DNA of 64,000 bases from Bacteroidota bacterium (GCA_040389865.1 JAZJZM010000014.1:39531-103530); one strand, 5' to 3'; positions 28,761 through 38,421 are shown, numbered from the stretch's first letter. Program-made: numbers and translations. The notes: generated by a model not told the origin, from the sequence alone.

Positions 28761-30083
28761 ATGTATAAACTATTTTTATTTATTTATTTATTTTTCTTTT
28801 TTGCCAAAGGGCAGGCTCAAACCATGGCCAATTCAGCCATGGTTGATCAAAATAGCACCGAGCTATATTTTGACGAAAACTGGACTGGTCTGGCAAAATA
28901 TGGAGAAAAAGCAATTGCAAACGGATACGATTATTTTTATTTACGCAACAGGACAGGTATCGCCTATTACCAACAAAAAAAGTATAAAAAAGCGGTCAGG
29001 CATTTTGAAAAAGCGGTTAAATTTAATTCGGGTGATAAACTTGCACTCGAATATCTATATTACAGCTATATTTTTTCCGGTAGAGAAAGTGAAGCGCGGG
29101 CATTAACTTCACTATTCCCTGTAGAGTTAAAAAAACGTATAAATCCACCTAAAAACAAAATCATTGAAAGTGTTTATTGCGAGGGCGGAGTTGCTTCGGG
29201 AAACTTATATTCTATTTATAAAAACACAGATATTAATGGGCCGGCAAATATTTATGGCGAAGCTACTATCACCAATAATATGCAGTATTGGCATTTCGGA
29301 TTAAACCATCAGTTGGGCAATAAATTGTCTGTTTATCATGGTTATAGCAATATCAAAATAGATCTGACAAGAAGGATTGGCATTTACCTGAAAGATACTC
29401 TTGACAATTATAGCCTTACACAGCACGATTATTATTTAAGCTGCATGCAGCAATTCAAACATTTTGCTCTTTCTCCGGCTGTTCATTTTATTAATGTGAA
29501 TTTTGGTAAATTAACTGCCAGCAAAAACCTATTCACAAATAAATATGTTTTTACTAAAAAAGACACCTCATTTATAAATTATGCCACTTCGCTTTCTCTA
29601 ATAAAAAACATTGGAATTTATACCTATAATTTATCCGCAGGATTTGCTCAATTAAATGGGCTTACACAAATACAAGCCGGACTGGCCCTTACCTATTATC
29701 CCTTTAAAAATACAAACATTTATGGAACGTCCTCTCTTGTTTATTTGAATGAAAACTATACAAATCGTATTATTTCCATACAAAAAATAGGATTTAAAGT
29801 AATGCCAAAACTTTGGACAGAAATTGGAGTAACATACGGAAACCTTCAAAACTATAGCGAAAACAATGCTTTTGTCGTTTTCAATACCGGAGATAAAATT
29901 TTGTACAAATGTGGAATTTCTATTACATCCCCTTTATTAAAACATTTTGAATTCTCCGTACGGTATGATTACTTTAACCGGGAAAACACCTATTATCGCA
30001 CGAATGATCTATTTAAGACAGAATCATTAAGAATTAATTATAAAACCCAAACAATAATAGGAGGAGTAAAATGGAAAATCTAA
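28761..30083 (+). CDS. secreted protein with N-terminal TPR-like region and C-terminal beta-rich (putative outer-membrane barrel) domain
   Basis: Signal peptide 'LFFFFAKGQAQ'. About 100 aa TPR-like, then about 300 aa of alternating hydrophobic/polar Y/N/T-rich strands ending '...GGVKWKI'. Overlaps the next gene's ATG (30071). Confidence 0.5.
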   Translation: MYKLFLFIYLFFFFAKGQAQTMANSAMVDQNSTELYFDENWTGLAKYGEKAIANGYDYFYLRNRTGIAYYQQKKYKKAVRHFEKAVKFNSGDKLALEYLYYSYIFSGRESEARALTSLFPVELKKRINPPKNKIIESVYCEGGVASGNLYSIYKNTDINGPANIYGEATITNNMQYWHFGLNHQLGNKLSVYHGYSNIKIDLTRRIGIYLKDTLDNYSLTQHDYYLSCMQQFKHFALSPAVHFINVNFGKLTASKNLFTNKYVFTKKDTSFINYATSLSLIKNIGIYTYNLSAGFAQLNGLTQIQAGLALTYYPFKNTNIYGTSSLVYLNENYTNRIISIQKIGFKVMPKLWTEIGVTYGNLQNYSENNAFVVFNTGDKILYKCGISITSPLLKHFEFSVRYDYFNRENTYYRTNDLFKTESLRINYKTQTIIGGVKWKI

Positions 30084-30691
30084 AAAAAATAATATTTATA
30101 ACATTGATCGCATTTTCTTCCGTAAGTACTATTTATTCACAAGAAGGATCACTACAAGAGGCTTTTAACAACAGTTACACCTTTGAGTATAACGGTGAAT
30201 ACACAAAAGCGGTTGAAGCAATAAAAAAAGGGTATGACGAAAAATCATATGGGACCAATTTGAGAGCAGGCTGGTTGAATTATGAAGCGGGACTTTACAT
30301 AGAATCCCAAAATTATTATAAAAAAGCAATTGCATTAAAGTCAAATTCACTTGAAGCAAAATTTGGATATATATATCCTGCAACTGCCTTAGGCAATATG
30401 GATCAGGTAATAGCGCAATACAAAAAAATCCTGGAAATAGACCCACAAAATTCAACAGCAAATTACAAGATGGGATTAATTTTTTACGATAGAAAAGATT
30501 TTAAATCTGCTTATAATTATTTTGAAAAAGTAGTAGATCTTTACCCTTTTGGATACGATGCGTTATTAATGTATGCCTGGTCAAACTATCAACTTGGAAA
30601 AAATAAGGAAGCAAAAATTTTATTTAAAAACGCCATGCTGTTATCGCCTTACAATCAATCTGCAATAGACGGATTAAGTTTAACTAAGTGA
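30071..30691 (+). CDS. secreted TPR-repeat protein (paralog 2)
   Basis: Signal peptide plus the same TPR architecture as 28083-28697. Translationally coupled to the upstream gene. Confidence 0.65.
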   Translation: MENLKKIIFITLIAFSSVSTIYSQEGSLQEAFNNSYTFEYNGEYTKAVEAIKKGYDEKSYGTNLRAGWLNYEAGLYIESQNYYKKAIALKSNSLEAKFGYIYPATALGNMDQVIAQYKKILEIDPQNSTANYKMGLIFYDRKDFKSAYNYFEKVVDLYPFGYDALLMYAWSNYQLGKNKEAKILFKNAMLLSPYNQSAIDGLSLTK

Positions 30692-30710
30692 GTTTAAGTT
30701 AAAGCACTGT

Positions 30711-30762
30711 TATACTGAACTTGTTTCAGCATCTAAAGAGATTCCGAACAAGTTCGGAATGA
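30711..30762. repeat. double-hairpin repeat, copy 1
   Basis: 'atactgaacttgtttcagcatc ... attccgaacaagttcggaat'. An inverted copy sits at 37454-37503. Confidence 0.7.
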
Positions 30763-30858
30763 CGTTTTCTTCATGAATGTTCGTGGTTGGTTCTCTCATC
30801 TCAATACTATCAAGGATTCTTCGTAAATTTGTATATTATCACTTAAATTATTGATTAA

Positions 30859-31320
30859 ATGGCGAAACCTAGTTTTGATGAAATTTATATGGAATTGGCA
30901 GAAAACCTTGCTAAGCGCTCGCATTGCGTAAAAGCTAAAGTTGGTGCTGTTCTTACAAAAGATACACGTATTATTTCTTTAGGATACAATGGGCCACCTG
31001 CAGGCACCCACAATTGTGATGAAGTATGGCCGGATGTTGGATGCCCAAGGGATAGTAAAGGCAGCTGTTCTTTAGCTTTGCATGCCGAACAAAACGCTAT
31101 TTTATATGCCGCAAAAAGTAATATCTCTATTGAAGGCTCTACCCTGTATGTAACTCTTTCACCATGTATATCTTGTGCCAGAGTTATATTTACCATAGGT
31201 ATAAAAAAAGTATATTACCTGAATTCCTATGCCGATTTTAAAGGCTTACAAAGTGATGAAGGGGTTGATTTCCTCCAAAAATTCGGTGTAGAAGTGGTGA
31301 GGTATATTAAAAAACAATAG
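30859..31320 (+). CDS. dCMP (deoxycytidylate) deaminase
   Basis: Zinc-binding 'HAEQNAI' and 'SPCISCARVI' CMP/dCMP deaminase motifs. 153 aa. Confidence 0.8.
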   Translation: MAKPSFDEIYMELAENLAKRSHCVKAKVGAVLTKDTRIISLGYNGPPAGTHNCDEVWPDVGCPRDSKGSCSLALHAEQNAILYAAKSNISIEGSTLYVTLSPCISCARVIFTIGIKKVYYLNSYADFKGLQSDEGVDFLQKFGVEVVRYIKKQ

Positions 31321-31519
31321 GCAATTTTTACGCTAAGCAAATTTGCAATAGGCAATTTAACTGTAGACAAGGCTGAAATTTTAATACATAATTTTAACAA
31401 AAAATGGCTTAATTAAATGCTACTTCACCAACACGTGATTGTAAAATTGTATTCAAATACTTATATTTGTATAAGCAAATTGCCCATTGATTAATTGTAT
31501 AATTGCCTAATTAAAAATA

Positions 31520-33121
31520 ATGAATCGCCCAAAAATTTATGTTTACCTTCCTATAATATTTGCACTTGTTTTAATTCTTGGAATTTATATTGGAACTACC
31601 TTTCACCTTAATAATAATCTTGGAACTATTTCGGTTGATCCTAATAACAAATATAATAAAATAGAAGAAATATTACACTACATTCAAGAGGAATATGTGG
31701 ATACTGTGAATAATGAGCAATTAGTTGAAAAAACAATTGTATCAATGCTTCAAAATCTTGATCCGCATTCCAGTTATATTTCTGCCAATGAATTACAAGC
31801 CAATAACGAACCACTCAAAGGGAATTTTGAGGGAATTGGTATTGAATTTAACATTGTGGAAGATACTATATGCGTAATTGCTGCTATTCCGGGAGGGCCT
31901 TCTGAAAAAGTGGGTATACAAGCCGGTGACAAAATAGTAAAAGTAGATGGCAAAAAAATTGCGGGGATAAAAATCACCAATAAGGATGTTCTGGATAAAC
32001 TGAAAGGAAAAAGTAAAACGAAAGTAAAAGTGGCAATTAAACGTGGTGGAAAGCCTCAATTGCTTGATTTTACGATCACACGTGGTACCATTCCTATATT
32101 CAGTATTGATGTAGCCTATATGGTAAGTCCTAAAACAGGATATATTAAGATCAGCCGTTTTGCAGCCACTACGTATGATGAATATCTTAAAGCATTTGAT
32201 AAATTAAAAAAGCACGGGATGCAACAATTGATCATTGATTTGCGCGGAAACGGTGGCGGATATTTAAATACGGCAGTTGATATTGCTGATGAATTTTTAA
32301 GTGAAGGCAAAGAGATCGTTTATACACAAGGTAAAGCTCGTCCGCGAAAAGGTTACCAGGCAACCGACAAAGGAAATTTTGAAAATGGGAAATTAACCAT
32401 ATTAATTGATGATGGCTCTGCATCAGCAAGTGAGATCCTTGCAGGCGCTGTTCAGGATAACGACAGGGGAACTATTGTTGGCAGGCGCTCCTTTGGAAAA
32501 GGCCTTGTTCAGGAGCAAAGTGAATTCAGTGATGGATCGGCAATTCGCTTAACTATTGCGCGTTATTATACGCCAACAGGGCGTTGCATCCAAAAACCAT
32601 ACACCGAAGGCGCAGAAGCATACTATAATGAAGAATACAATCGTTTACAAAGCGGAGAGCTTGAAAATGCAGACAGTATGAAGATCGCAGATTCATTAAA
32701 ATTTGTAACTCCGGGAGGTAAAATTGTATATGGCTGTGGTGGTGTTACCCCTGATGTATTTGTTCCACTTGATACGGCTGGCCGTTCACGGTTTTTAACC
32801 GAAGTGCTGTACAGTGGCCTTGTAAATGATTTTGCTTTTGGTTATGCCGACAGGGAACGAAAAAAACTGAATGAATATAAAACCTTTCAAAATTTTAACA
32901 CCTCATTTGTTATATTACCTGCTGTTTTTGATGAATTTGTGGCGTATACCCAAAAGAACAAAATTGTTGCAAATGCTAAACAAATTCAAGCCTCAGCAGA
33001 AATAATAAAAATACAGTTAAAAGCCTTGATCGCCCGTAATATATGGAGTAGTGAAGGATATTACCCTGTGATCCAAAGTAGGGATAATGTTCTTAAAAAG
33101 GCAATTGAATTGATGAAATAG
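31520..33121 (+). CDS. S41-family carboxyl-terminal processing peptidase (PDZ-containing)
   Basis: 'IDLRGNGGGYL' and 'GSASASEILAGAVQDNDRGTIVGRRSFGKGLVQ' S41 catalytic blocks. N-terminal TM anchor. Confidence 0.85.
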   Translation: MNRPKIYVYLPIIFALVLILGIYIGTTFHLNNNLGTISVDPNNKYNKIEEILHYIQEEYVDTVNNEQLVEKTIVSMLQNLDPHSSYISANELQANNEPLKGNFEGIGIEFNIVEDTICVIAAIPGGPSEKVGIQAGDKIVKVDGKKIAGIKITNKDVLDKLKGKSKTKVKVAIKRGGKPQLLDFTITRGTIPIFSIDVAYMVSPKTGYIKISRFAATTYDEYLKAFDKLKKHGMQQLIIDLRGNGGGYLNTAVDIADEFLSEGKEIVYTQGKARPRKGYQATDKGNFENGKLTILIDDGSASASEILAGAVQDNDRGTIVGRRSFGKGLVQEQSEFSDGSAIRLTIARYYTPTGRCIQKPYTEGAEAYYNEEYNRLQSGELENADSMKIADSLKFVTPGGKIVYGCGGVTPDVFVPLDTAGRSRFLTEVLYSGLVNDFAFGYADRERKKLNEYKTFQNFNTSFVILPAVFDEFVAYTQKNKIVANAKQIQASAEIIKIQLKALIARNIWSSEGYYPVIQSRDNVLKKAIELMK

Positions 33122-33140
33122 AAAAAAACAGCACAAAAAA

Positions 33141-33172
33141 AAAGCATTCTTGTTGAAGAATGCTTTTTTTTG
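33141..33172. terminator. bidirectional intrinsic terminator
   Basis: 'aagcattctt gttg aagaatgctt' flanked by an A-run and a T-run, between convergent genes. Confidence 0.7.
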
Positions 33173-33187
33173 TACCGTAAAATAGAA

Positions 33188-33406
33188 TTAGTGTTTTTCT
33201 TCTACAGCTGGAGCAACTGGTTCTGCAGGAGCAACTGGAGCAACTGAATCTAAAGCAGTAGTCATAGATTGACTTGCAGCGTTAAATAAAGAATCCATTT
33301 TTGCTTTTGCTTCAGCTTCCATTTTAGCTTTTTCTTCAGCGCTTGGTCCGCAAGCAACAATACTCATTGCAACGGCAACAAATAATAAAGTAAATAATTT
33401 TTTCAT
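33188..33406 (-). CDS. small Pro/Ala-rich lipoprotein
   Basis: Signal peptide + lipobox 'IVACG'. 72 aa. Confidence 0.5.
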   Translation of the reverse strand: MKKLFTLLFVAVAMSIVACGPSAEEKAKMEAEAKAKMDSLFNAASQSMTTALDSVAPVAPAEPVAPAVEEKH

Positions 33407-33731
33407 TTTTGTTTGTTTTGTTTAAATTTATAATAGTATCTGGTGCAAAGATAATAATAAAATCAATTACATCCATCACTGATTTTGAATTAGTTGACAA
33501 ATTATATTTTTCAATGATGCTTTAAATGGATAAAAAAGGACAATTTACATAACAACAGGTGAAAATACCGCCTCATGAATACCGCCATAATTGTTGATTT
33601 AATTGAAATAGCCGCATTTTTTACCCCGAATTAACCAACAAAATACCCCATGATTAAATGTTGAACTTTTTTTATTTGCAACCTGGTGATCTTTATCAAG
33701 TCGTTTTTTCAGTCAAGAAACCAAAATGTTG

Positions 33732-33739
33732 TACCTTTG
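33732..33739 (+). promoter_or_regulatory. candidate -7 promoter element 'TACCTTTG' upstream of sod
   Basis: Same 8-mer as the phasin promoters, about 45 bp upstream of the ATG. Confidence 0.35.
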
Positions 33740-33784
33740 AGGAGCAATTAAAACAAAAAGTTTAACCTAAAAACTCTCAAAAAC

Positions 33785-34414
33785 ATGGCTTTTGAATTAC
33801 CAAAATTAACATATGCATATGATGCATTAGAACCACATATCGATGCACGCACAATGGAAATACATCACAGTAAGCATCACCAGGCATATGTAACAAATTT
33901 AAACAATGCAATTGCAGGCACTGATGCTGAAAAATTAAGCATCGAAGAGATTTGTAAAAACATTTCTAAATACCCGGTTGCTGTTCGTAATAATGGTGGC
34001 GGGCATTATAATCATTCATTATTCTGGTCCCTTATGGCTCCAAACGCAGGTGGTACACCTTCCGGTGACTTAGCTACTGCTATTGATACAGCTTTTGGCT
34101 CTTTCGAGGAATTTAAAAAACTATTTGCTGCTGCCGGTACTACTCGTTTCGGGTCAGGTTGGGCATGGTTAATTGTAAAAGACGGAAAGTTAGTTATCAG
34201 TTCAACGCCAAATCAGGATAATCCATTGATGGATGTTGCTGAAGTAAAAGGCACTCCTGTATTAGGAATTGATGTTTGGGAACATGCGTATTATTTAAAT
34301 TATCAGAACAGACGTCCTGATTACATTGCAGCTTTTTGGAATGTAATTAACTGGGCTGAAGTAACGAAATTATATAAAAACGAAATGGCCAAATTGTTAA
34401 AAGAAGCAAAATAA
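33785..34414 (+). CDS. sodA: Fe/Mn superoxide dismutase
   Basis: '[32 protein letters not shown]' and 'DVWEHAYYL' hallmark blocks. Confidence 0.9.
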   Translation: MAFELPKLTYAYDALEPHIDARTMEIHHSKHHQAYVTNLNNAIAGTDAEKLSIEEICKNISKYPVAVRNNGGGHYNHSLFWSLMAPNAGGTPSGDLATAIDTAFGSFEEFKKLFAAAGTTRFGSGWAWLIVKDGKLVISSTPNQDNPLMDVAEVKGTPVLGIDVWEHAYYLNYQNRRPDYIAAFWNVINWAEVTKLYKNEMAKLLKEAK

Positions 34415-34442
34415 GTTATTTAATGATAATTGAAGATTAAAA

Positions 34443-34482
34443 TAAAAGAGGCTGAGGTAACTCATCCTCTTTTTATTTTTTA
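34443..34482 (+). terminator. intrinsic terminator
   Basis: 'aaaagagg ctgaggtaactcat cctctttt' + 'tattttttaat'. Confidence 0.5.
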
Positions 34483-34486
34483 ATAA

Positions 34487-34945
34487 ATGTACAAAACCAT
34501 AAGTTCCATACTCCTTTTAGTACTGATGTTTGCTGCTTTTTCAACAGTTTCAGCTAACCCATCTTGCCTATCTTATGAAGAAGATAGTGTGGTAATATGC
34601 GTATTGGAAATTCAACCTGGTGATTCTATCCTAAATTCAATCGCAACAGATACTTTAGCACTTCAATTAAACCAAAAAGAAGTTGCGCTTGCATCCGTTT
34701 TGCCTTCAGATGATCTGAAACAGAAGAAACGGGTATGTGCATTTTTTGCCTTTCCTTTCCCTTTTGGTTTTGTAGGGGCTCACCGCGTTATGTTGGGCAC
34801 TAAACCCTGGATCCCGATCGTATACGTTGCTACGTTTGGTGGCTGCTTTGGGCTGCTTCCTTTAATTGATTTTTTAGTGATTTTAAATGCGAAGGATATG
34901 GAACAATATGAAAACAATCCCAATCTTTTTATGTGGATCAAATAG
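34487..34945 (+). CDS. TM2-domain membrane protein with signal peptide
   Basis: 'FPFGFVGAHRVMLG' TM2-domain signature and two TM helices. 152 aa. Confidence 0.55.
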   Translation: MYKTISSILLLVLMFAAFSTVSANPSCLSYEEDSVVICVLEIQPGDSILNSIATDTLALQLNQKEVALASVLPSDDLKQKKRVCAFFAFPFPFGFVGAHRVMLGTKPWIPIVYVATFGGCFGLLPLIDFLVILNAKDMEQYENNPNLFMWIK

Positions 34946-35150
34946 TTACAGATAAACATTGGTTACGGATAAACGAATCTATACAAATTTACGAAACGGT
35001 GTGTAAAAAAACAGCAAAGATAGTTTCGTAAATTTGTTATTAGTAACCATAAGGAGCAATCTGTATATTGGGAATGATTTCATTATCTATAACAAACATA
35101 GATTCGTAAATTCGTAAAAATTCGATATTCGTAACCAGTAATTCGTAGTA
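34946..35150. repeat. 'ttcgtaa/ttacgaa' palindromic word element (about 95-bp core shared with 44405-44490)
   Basis: 'ggttacggataaacgaat...atttacgaaac...tttcgtaaattt...gtaacc' then 'gattcgtaaattcgtaaaaattcgatattcgtaaccagtaattcgtag'. Confidence 0.65.
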
Positions 35151-35152
35151 GT

Positions 35153-35728
35153 ATGAAAGTAGGTTTGTTTTTCGGTTCGTTCAATCCTATCCATGCAGGC
35201 CATTTGGTGCTTGCTAATTATATGCTTGAGTATACCGATTTGGAGCGCATTTGGTTTGTTGTTTCGCCCCATAATCCATTAAAAAAGAAAAGTACACTTC
35301 TTGATGAAAAGCAGCGTTTACAACTAGTGGATCTTGCCATTGGAGATAACACAAAATTAAAATCAAGCAATATTGAGTTTAACCTCCCGCAGCCGTCTTA
35401 TACTATTGTTACTTTAACCTACCTGAAAGAAAAACATCCTCAACACGAATTTGTACTGATAATGGGAGCCGATAACCTGGAAAGTTTTCATAAATGGAAA
35501 AATTATGAAGAGATATTAAAACACCACCAACTGTATATTTACCCAAGGCCTGGGAGTGAGGGTGGGAACCTAAAAGATCATCCTCAAATAAAATTGGTAA
35601 ACGCTCCAGTAATGGAAATATCATCTACCGCTATACGGCAAGCAATAAAAGAAAAAAAAGATATGCGTTATTTTATGCCGGAAGCTGTTTGGCAATACAT
35701 TAAAGAAATGCATTTTTACGAAAAGTAA
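35153..35728 (+). CDS. nadD: nicotinate-nucleotide adenylyltransferase
   Basis: 'GLFFGSFNPIHAGHL' HxGH nucleotidyltransferase motif, 191 aa. Confidence 0.85.
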   Translation: MKVGLFFGSFNPIHAGHLVLANYMLEYTDLERIWFVVSPHNPLKKKSTLLDEKQRLQLVDLAIGDNTKLKSSNIEFNLPQPSYTIVTLTYLKEKHPQHEFVLIMGADNLESFHKWKNYEEILKHHQLYIYPRPGSEGGNLKDHPQIKLVNAPVMEISSTAIRQAIKEKKDMRYFMPEAVWQYIKEMHFYEK

Positions 35729-35835
35729 ACTGTTTTGAAGAGACAGTTCATAAATTCATTTTGAAAACTGAACCACTCTGCACTAAATTGCAGAGGTTCA
35801 AAAAAAAAATAATGAAATTATTTTTAGCGATATTA

Positions 35836-35918
35836 AATCGAGAACGTCATTGCGAGGAACGAAGCAATCTCATATTATGCTTTGGTTGAGATTGCTTCGT
35901 TCCTCGCAATGACGGCAA
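35836..35918. repeat. perfect 27-bp-stem inverted repeat
   Basis: 'cgtcattgcgaggaacgaagcaatctc' + 16-nt loop + 'gagattgcttcgttcctcgcaatgacg', read directly. No U-tract follows. Confidence 0.75.
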
Positions 35919-36048
35919 CAAGTCAAATTTTGTAGAAACTGAATTCTTGCACTGAATGTGCATAGTTTTGAACTAACGAACTGAAACAATAAAACAATAC
36001 CATCCTACTATTTATTGCAAATAATAAATAATTCACAATCCAACCTTA

Positions 36049-37410
36049 ATGATCATCCATCTGTTAGTTGATAGTTTTAAAAATAAGTTCAGCCGGTTTG
36101 TCCGGATGTTTCTTCTATCTACCCTATTGATAGGCTGTAATCAAGCACCTCAAAAAAAGGAAGCAGAAAAAGAAATAAAAAAAGACACATCAAAAACTCT
36201 TTCATTAAAAAAAGCGATCCCTCAAAAAAGCTCTCTTCAAAAAAAAGAATTTGTTAGGATTTACAATGACAATGCGCGTTTCATCGCAGGCTTGAAAAGT
36301 GAAGAAGGAAGCGACTTTTCAAAGTTCGAAAAAAATCAGGATTGGAAACAATATGCTGCATGGTATAATAATACCTGGGCACGTTTAGAAAAAGGTCCGT
36401 TACAAAAAACTAAATCCTGGGCAGAGCAGGAATTGGTATTTAATAATCCATCTTTGGTTTCTCAAAAAAACAATTCAAATCAGTCGCAAGCACCAACCAT
36501 TTTTTATCCTTTCAGCGGTGCCGATTTTTTATATGCAACTACACTTTTCCCTGCCGCTGAACAATATATAATGATTGGCTTGGAGCCCGTAGGCAAAGTT
36601 CCTGATATTAGAAAAATACCTGTCGACTTCTGGGAAAATTATTTCCTTGCTCTTCGAACCGCACAAGATGATATCCTTACGGCTTCTTTCTTCAAAACCA
36701 AAGATATGAAAGTAGATTTTCGGATCCAGGAACTAAAAGGGACATTACCAATACTAATGATCTTTTTAACCCGCACCGGAAATAAAATCATCACGGTGGA
36801 GCCGGTGCAAATAAACGATAGCGGAAAAGTTGTTGAAAGCAGTCTTGAAAAAATTGCTAATCATCAGTTCAGCCAAATGAATGGGATTAGAATTACATTC
36901 GAAAAAGATAATGAACAAGCCGCAGACTCTATTAACCTGAAGAATGACGGTAAAAATGAAAATGTACAAAAAACACTTTATTATTTTTCAATTGATCTAT
37001 CAGATAATTCCTTGATAAAAAAACCGCATTTTGAAAGTTTCATGAACAGCTTTGGGGAGGTAATTACTTTTATTAAATCTGCTTCCTATTTGATGCACCA
37101 AAATGATTTTTCAATGATCCGGAAATCAATTTTAAATCACAGCAGTATTCTTCTTCAGGATGATTCAGGTATTCCTTTGAAATACTTTGCTGATAAGGGT
37201 CCCAATGGACTTGAACAAACTTGGTCAGAGCTAACATTTTATGGTGCCTACAAAGAGCCAATCCGTTTATTCAAAAATTTTTATCAGGAAGATCTGAAAA
37301 AAAATTATGCGGATACCACAAAAACAAAACCTCTTCTTTTCAGAATTGGCTATCAAACCCCAACAAATAAATCAAATTTGCTGCTTGCAAAAAAAACAAT
37401 CATCAAATGA
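36049..37410 (+). CDS. hypothetical lipoprotein (true start probably the internal Met at about 36106)
   Basis: Internal 'MFLLSTLLIGCNQ' is a lipoprotein signal. 430-450 aa with no recognised domain. Confidence 0.55.
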   Translation: MIIHLLVDSFKNKFSRFVRMFLLSTLLIGCNQAPQKKEAEKEIKKDTSKTLSLKKAIPQKSSLQKKEFVRIYNDNARFIAGLKSEEGSDFSKFEKNQDWKQYAAWYNNTWARLEKGPLQKTKSWAEQELVFNNPSLVSQKNNSNQSQAPTIFYPFSGADFLYATTLFPAAEQYIMIGLEPVGKVPDIRKIPVDFWENYFLALRTAQDDILTASFFKTKDMKVDFRIQELKGTLPILMIFLTRTGNKIITVEPVQINDSGKVVESSLEKIANHQFSQMNGIRITFEKDNEQAADSINLKNDGKNENVQKTLYYFSIDLSDNSLIKKPHFESFMNSFGEVITFIKSASYLMHQNDFSMIRKSILNHSSILLQDDSGIPLKYFADKGPNGLEQTWSELTFYGAYKEPIRLFKNFYQEDLKKNYADTTKTKPLLFRIGYQTPTNKSNLLLAKKTIIK

Positions 37411-37453
37411 TTCCCTTGTGATTAGTTAAGTTTGCTTTGTTCTATTGATTGGC

Positions 37454-37503
37454 ATTCCGAACTTGTTTCGGAATCTCATGGATGCTGAAACAAGTTCAGC
37501 ATG
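37454..37503. repeat. double-hairpin repeat, copy 2 (reverse complement of 30711-30762)
   Basis: 'attccgaacttgtttcggaat ctcatgg atgctgaaacaagttcagcat'. Confidence 0.7.
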
Positions 37504-37533
37504 ACCTCGATCAATTTATGATTTACTATGTCG

Positions 37534-38421
37534 CTAGTATCCGGCTTTCGCAGAACCAATATTTTCAATAGGATGCCAGGTTGTTTTTATTTCCTGGTTA
37601 TCAAAAATTAAATATGGGCTTTGCGCTTTATCAGAAGCAAGAATAAGTTTATCGTAAATAAAAATCCGTTTCACATTCAATGAAGCGTTTTCTTTGATCG
37701 TTTTTATTTCATTTTTATTTTTACGATAATAGGTCAATGCATTTACATCCATGTGTGAAGAAAAATGAGAATGTAATTCTTCGCTGCTCCCTGTAAGAAT
37801 GTTTACTACACCACCCGGTAAGTCGGAAGAATTCAACACTTCCGCAAAAGTTACCGCACATAAAGGTTTGCTTTCAGATGCAAGAACAATACAAGAATTT
37901 CCTCCAGCGATAACGGGAGCAATTGCAGTTACCAATCCAAGCAAAGAGCTTTCTTCCGGTGCAATAATTGCCACCACTCCTGTTGGTTCAGGAACCGAAA
38001 AATTAAAATGTGATGACGCTACCGGGTTCACAGAACTGAATACTGCTTGATATTTATCACACCATCCGGCATAATACACCAAGCGATCAACAGAAAGCGA
38101 CACCTCATCATTAGCAGCTTTTTCTGTTAAACCTTGAAGTATAAGTTCCGAAATAAATTGTTCTTTACGGCCTTCCAGCATTTCAGCAATACGATATAAG
38201 ATCTGACTACGGTTAAATCCGGCACGCGCACTCCACCCGCCAAATGCCCCACGCGCAGCTACTACAGCATTACGAAAATCTTTACGGGATGATTGACAAA
38301 TATTTGCCATGATATCTCCTTTTTTATTTTTTAAAGGATAAAATCTTCCTGATTCTGTTCTCGGGAATTGACCTCCAATATATATTTTGTATGTTTTTTG
38401 AATTTCCAATCTTGTTGCCAT
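37534..38421 (-). CDS. aldehyde-dehydrogenase-like protein lacking the catalytic domain (truncated paralog or pseudogene)
   Basis: 295 aa. The first about 230 aa align with the NAD-binding half of ALDHs ('GGNSCIVLASE', 'GVVNILTGS'). No 'ELGG' or Cys-motif is present and the C-terminal 60 aa are unrelated. Confidence 0.5.
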   Translation of the reverse strand: MATRLEIQKTYKIYIGGQFPRTESGRFYPLKNKKGDIMANICQSSRKDFRNAVVAARGAFGGWSARAGFNRSQILYRIAEMLEGRKEQFISELILQGLTEKAANDEVSLSVDRLVYYAGWCDKYQAVFSSVNPVASSHFNFSVPEPTGVVAIIAPEESSLLGLVTAIAPVIAGGNSCIVLASESKPLCAVTFAEVLNSSDLPGGVVNILTGSSEELHSHFSSHMDVNALTYYRKNKNEIKTIKENASLNVKRIFIYDKLILASDKAQSPYLIFDNQEIKTTWHPIENIGSAKAGY

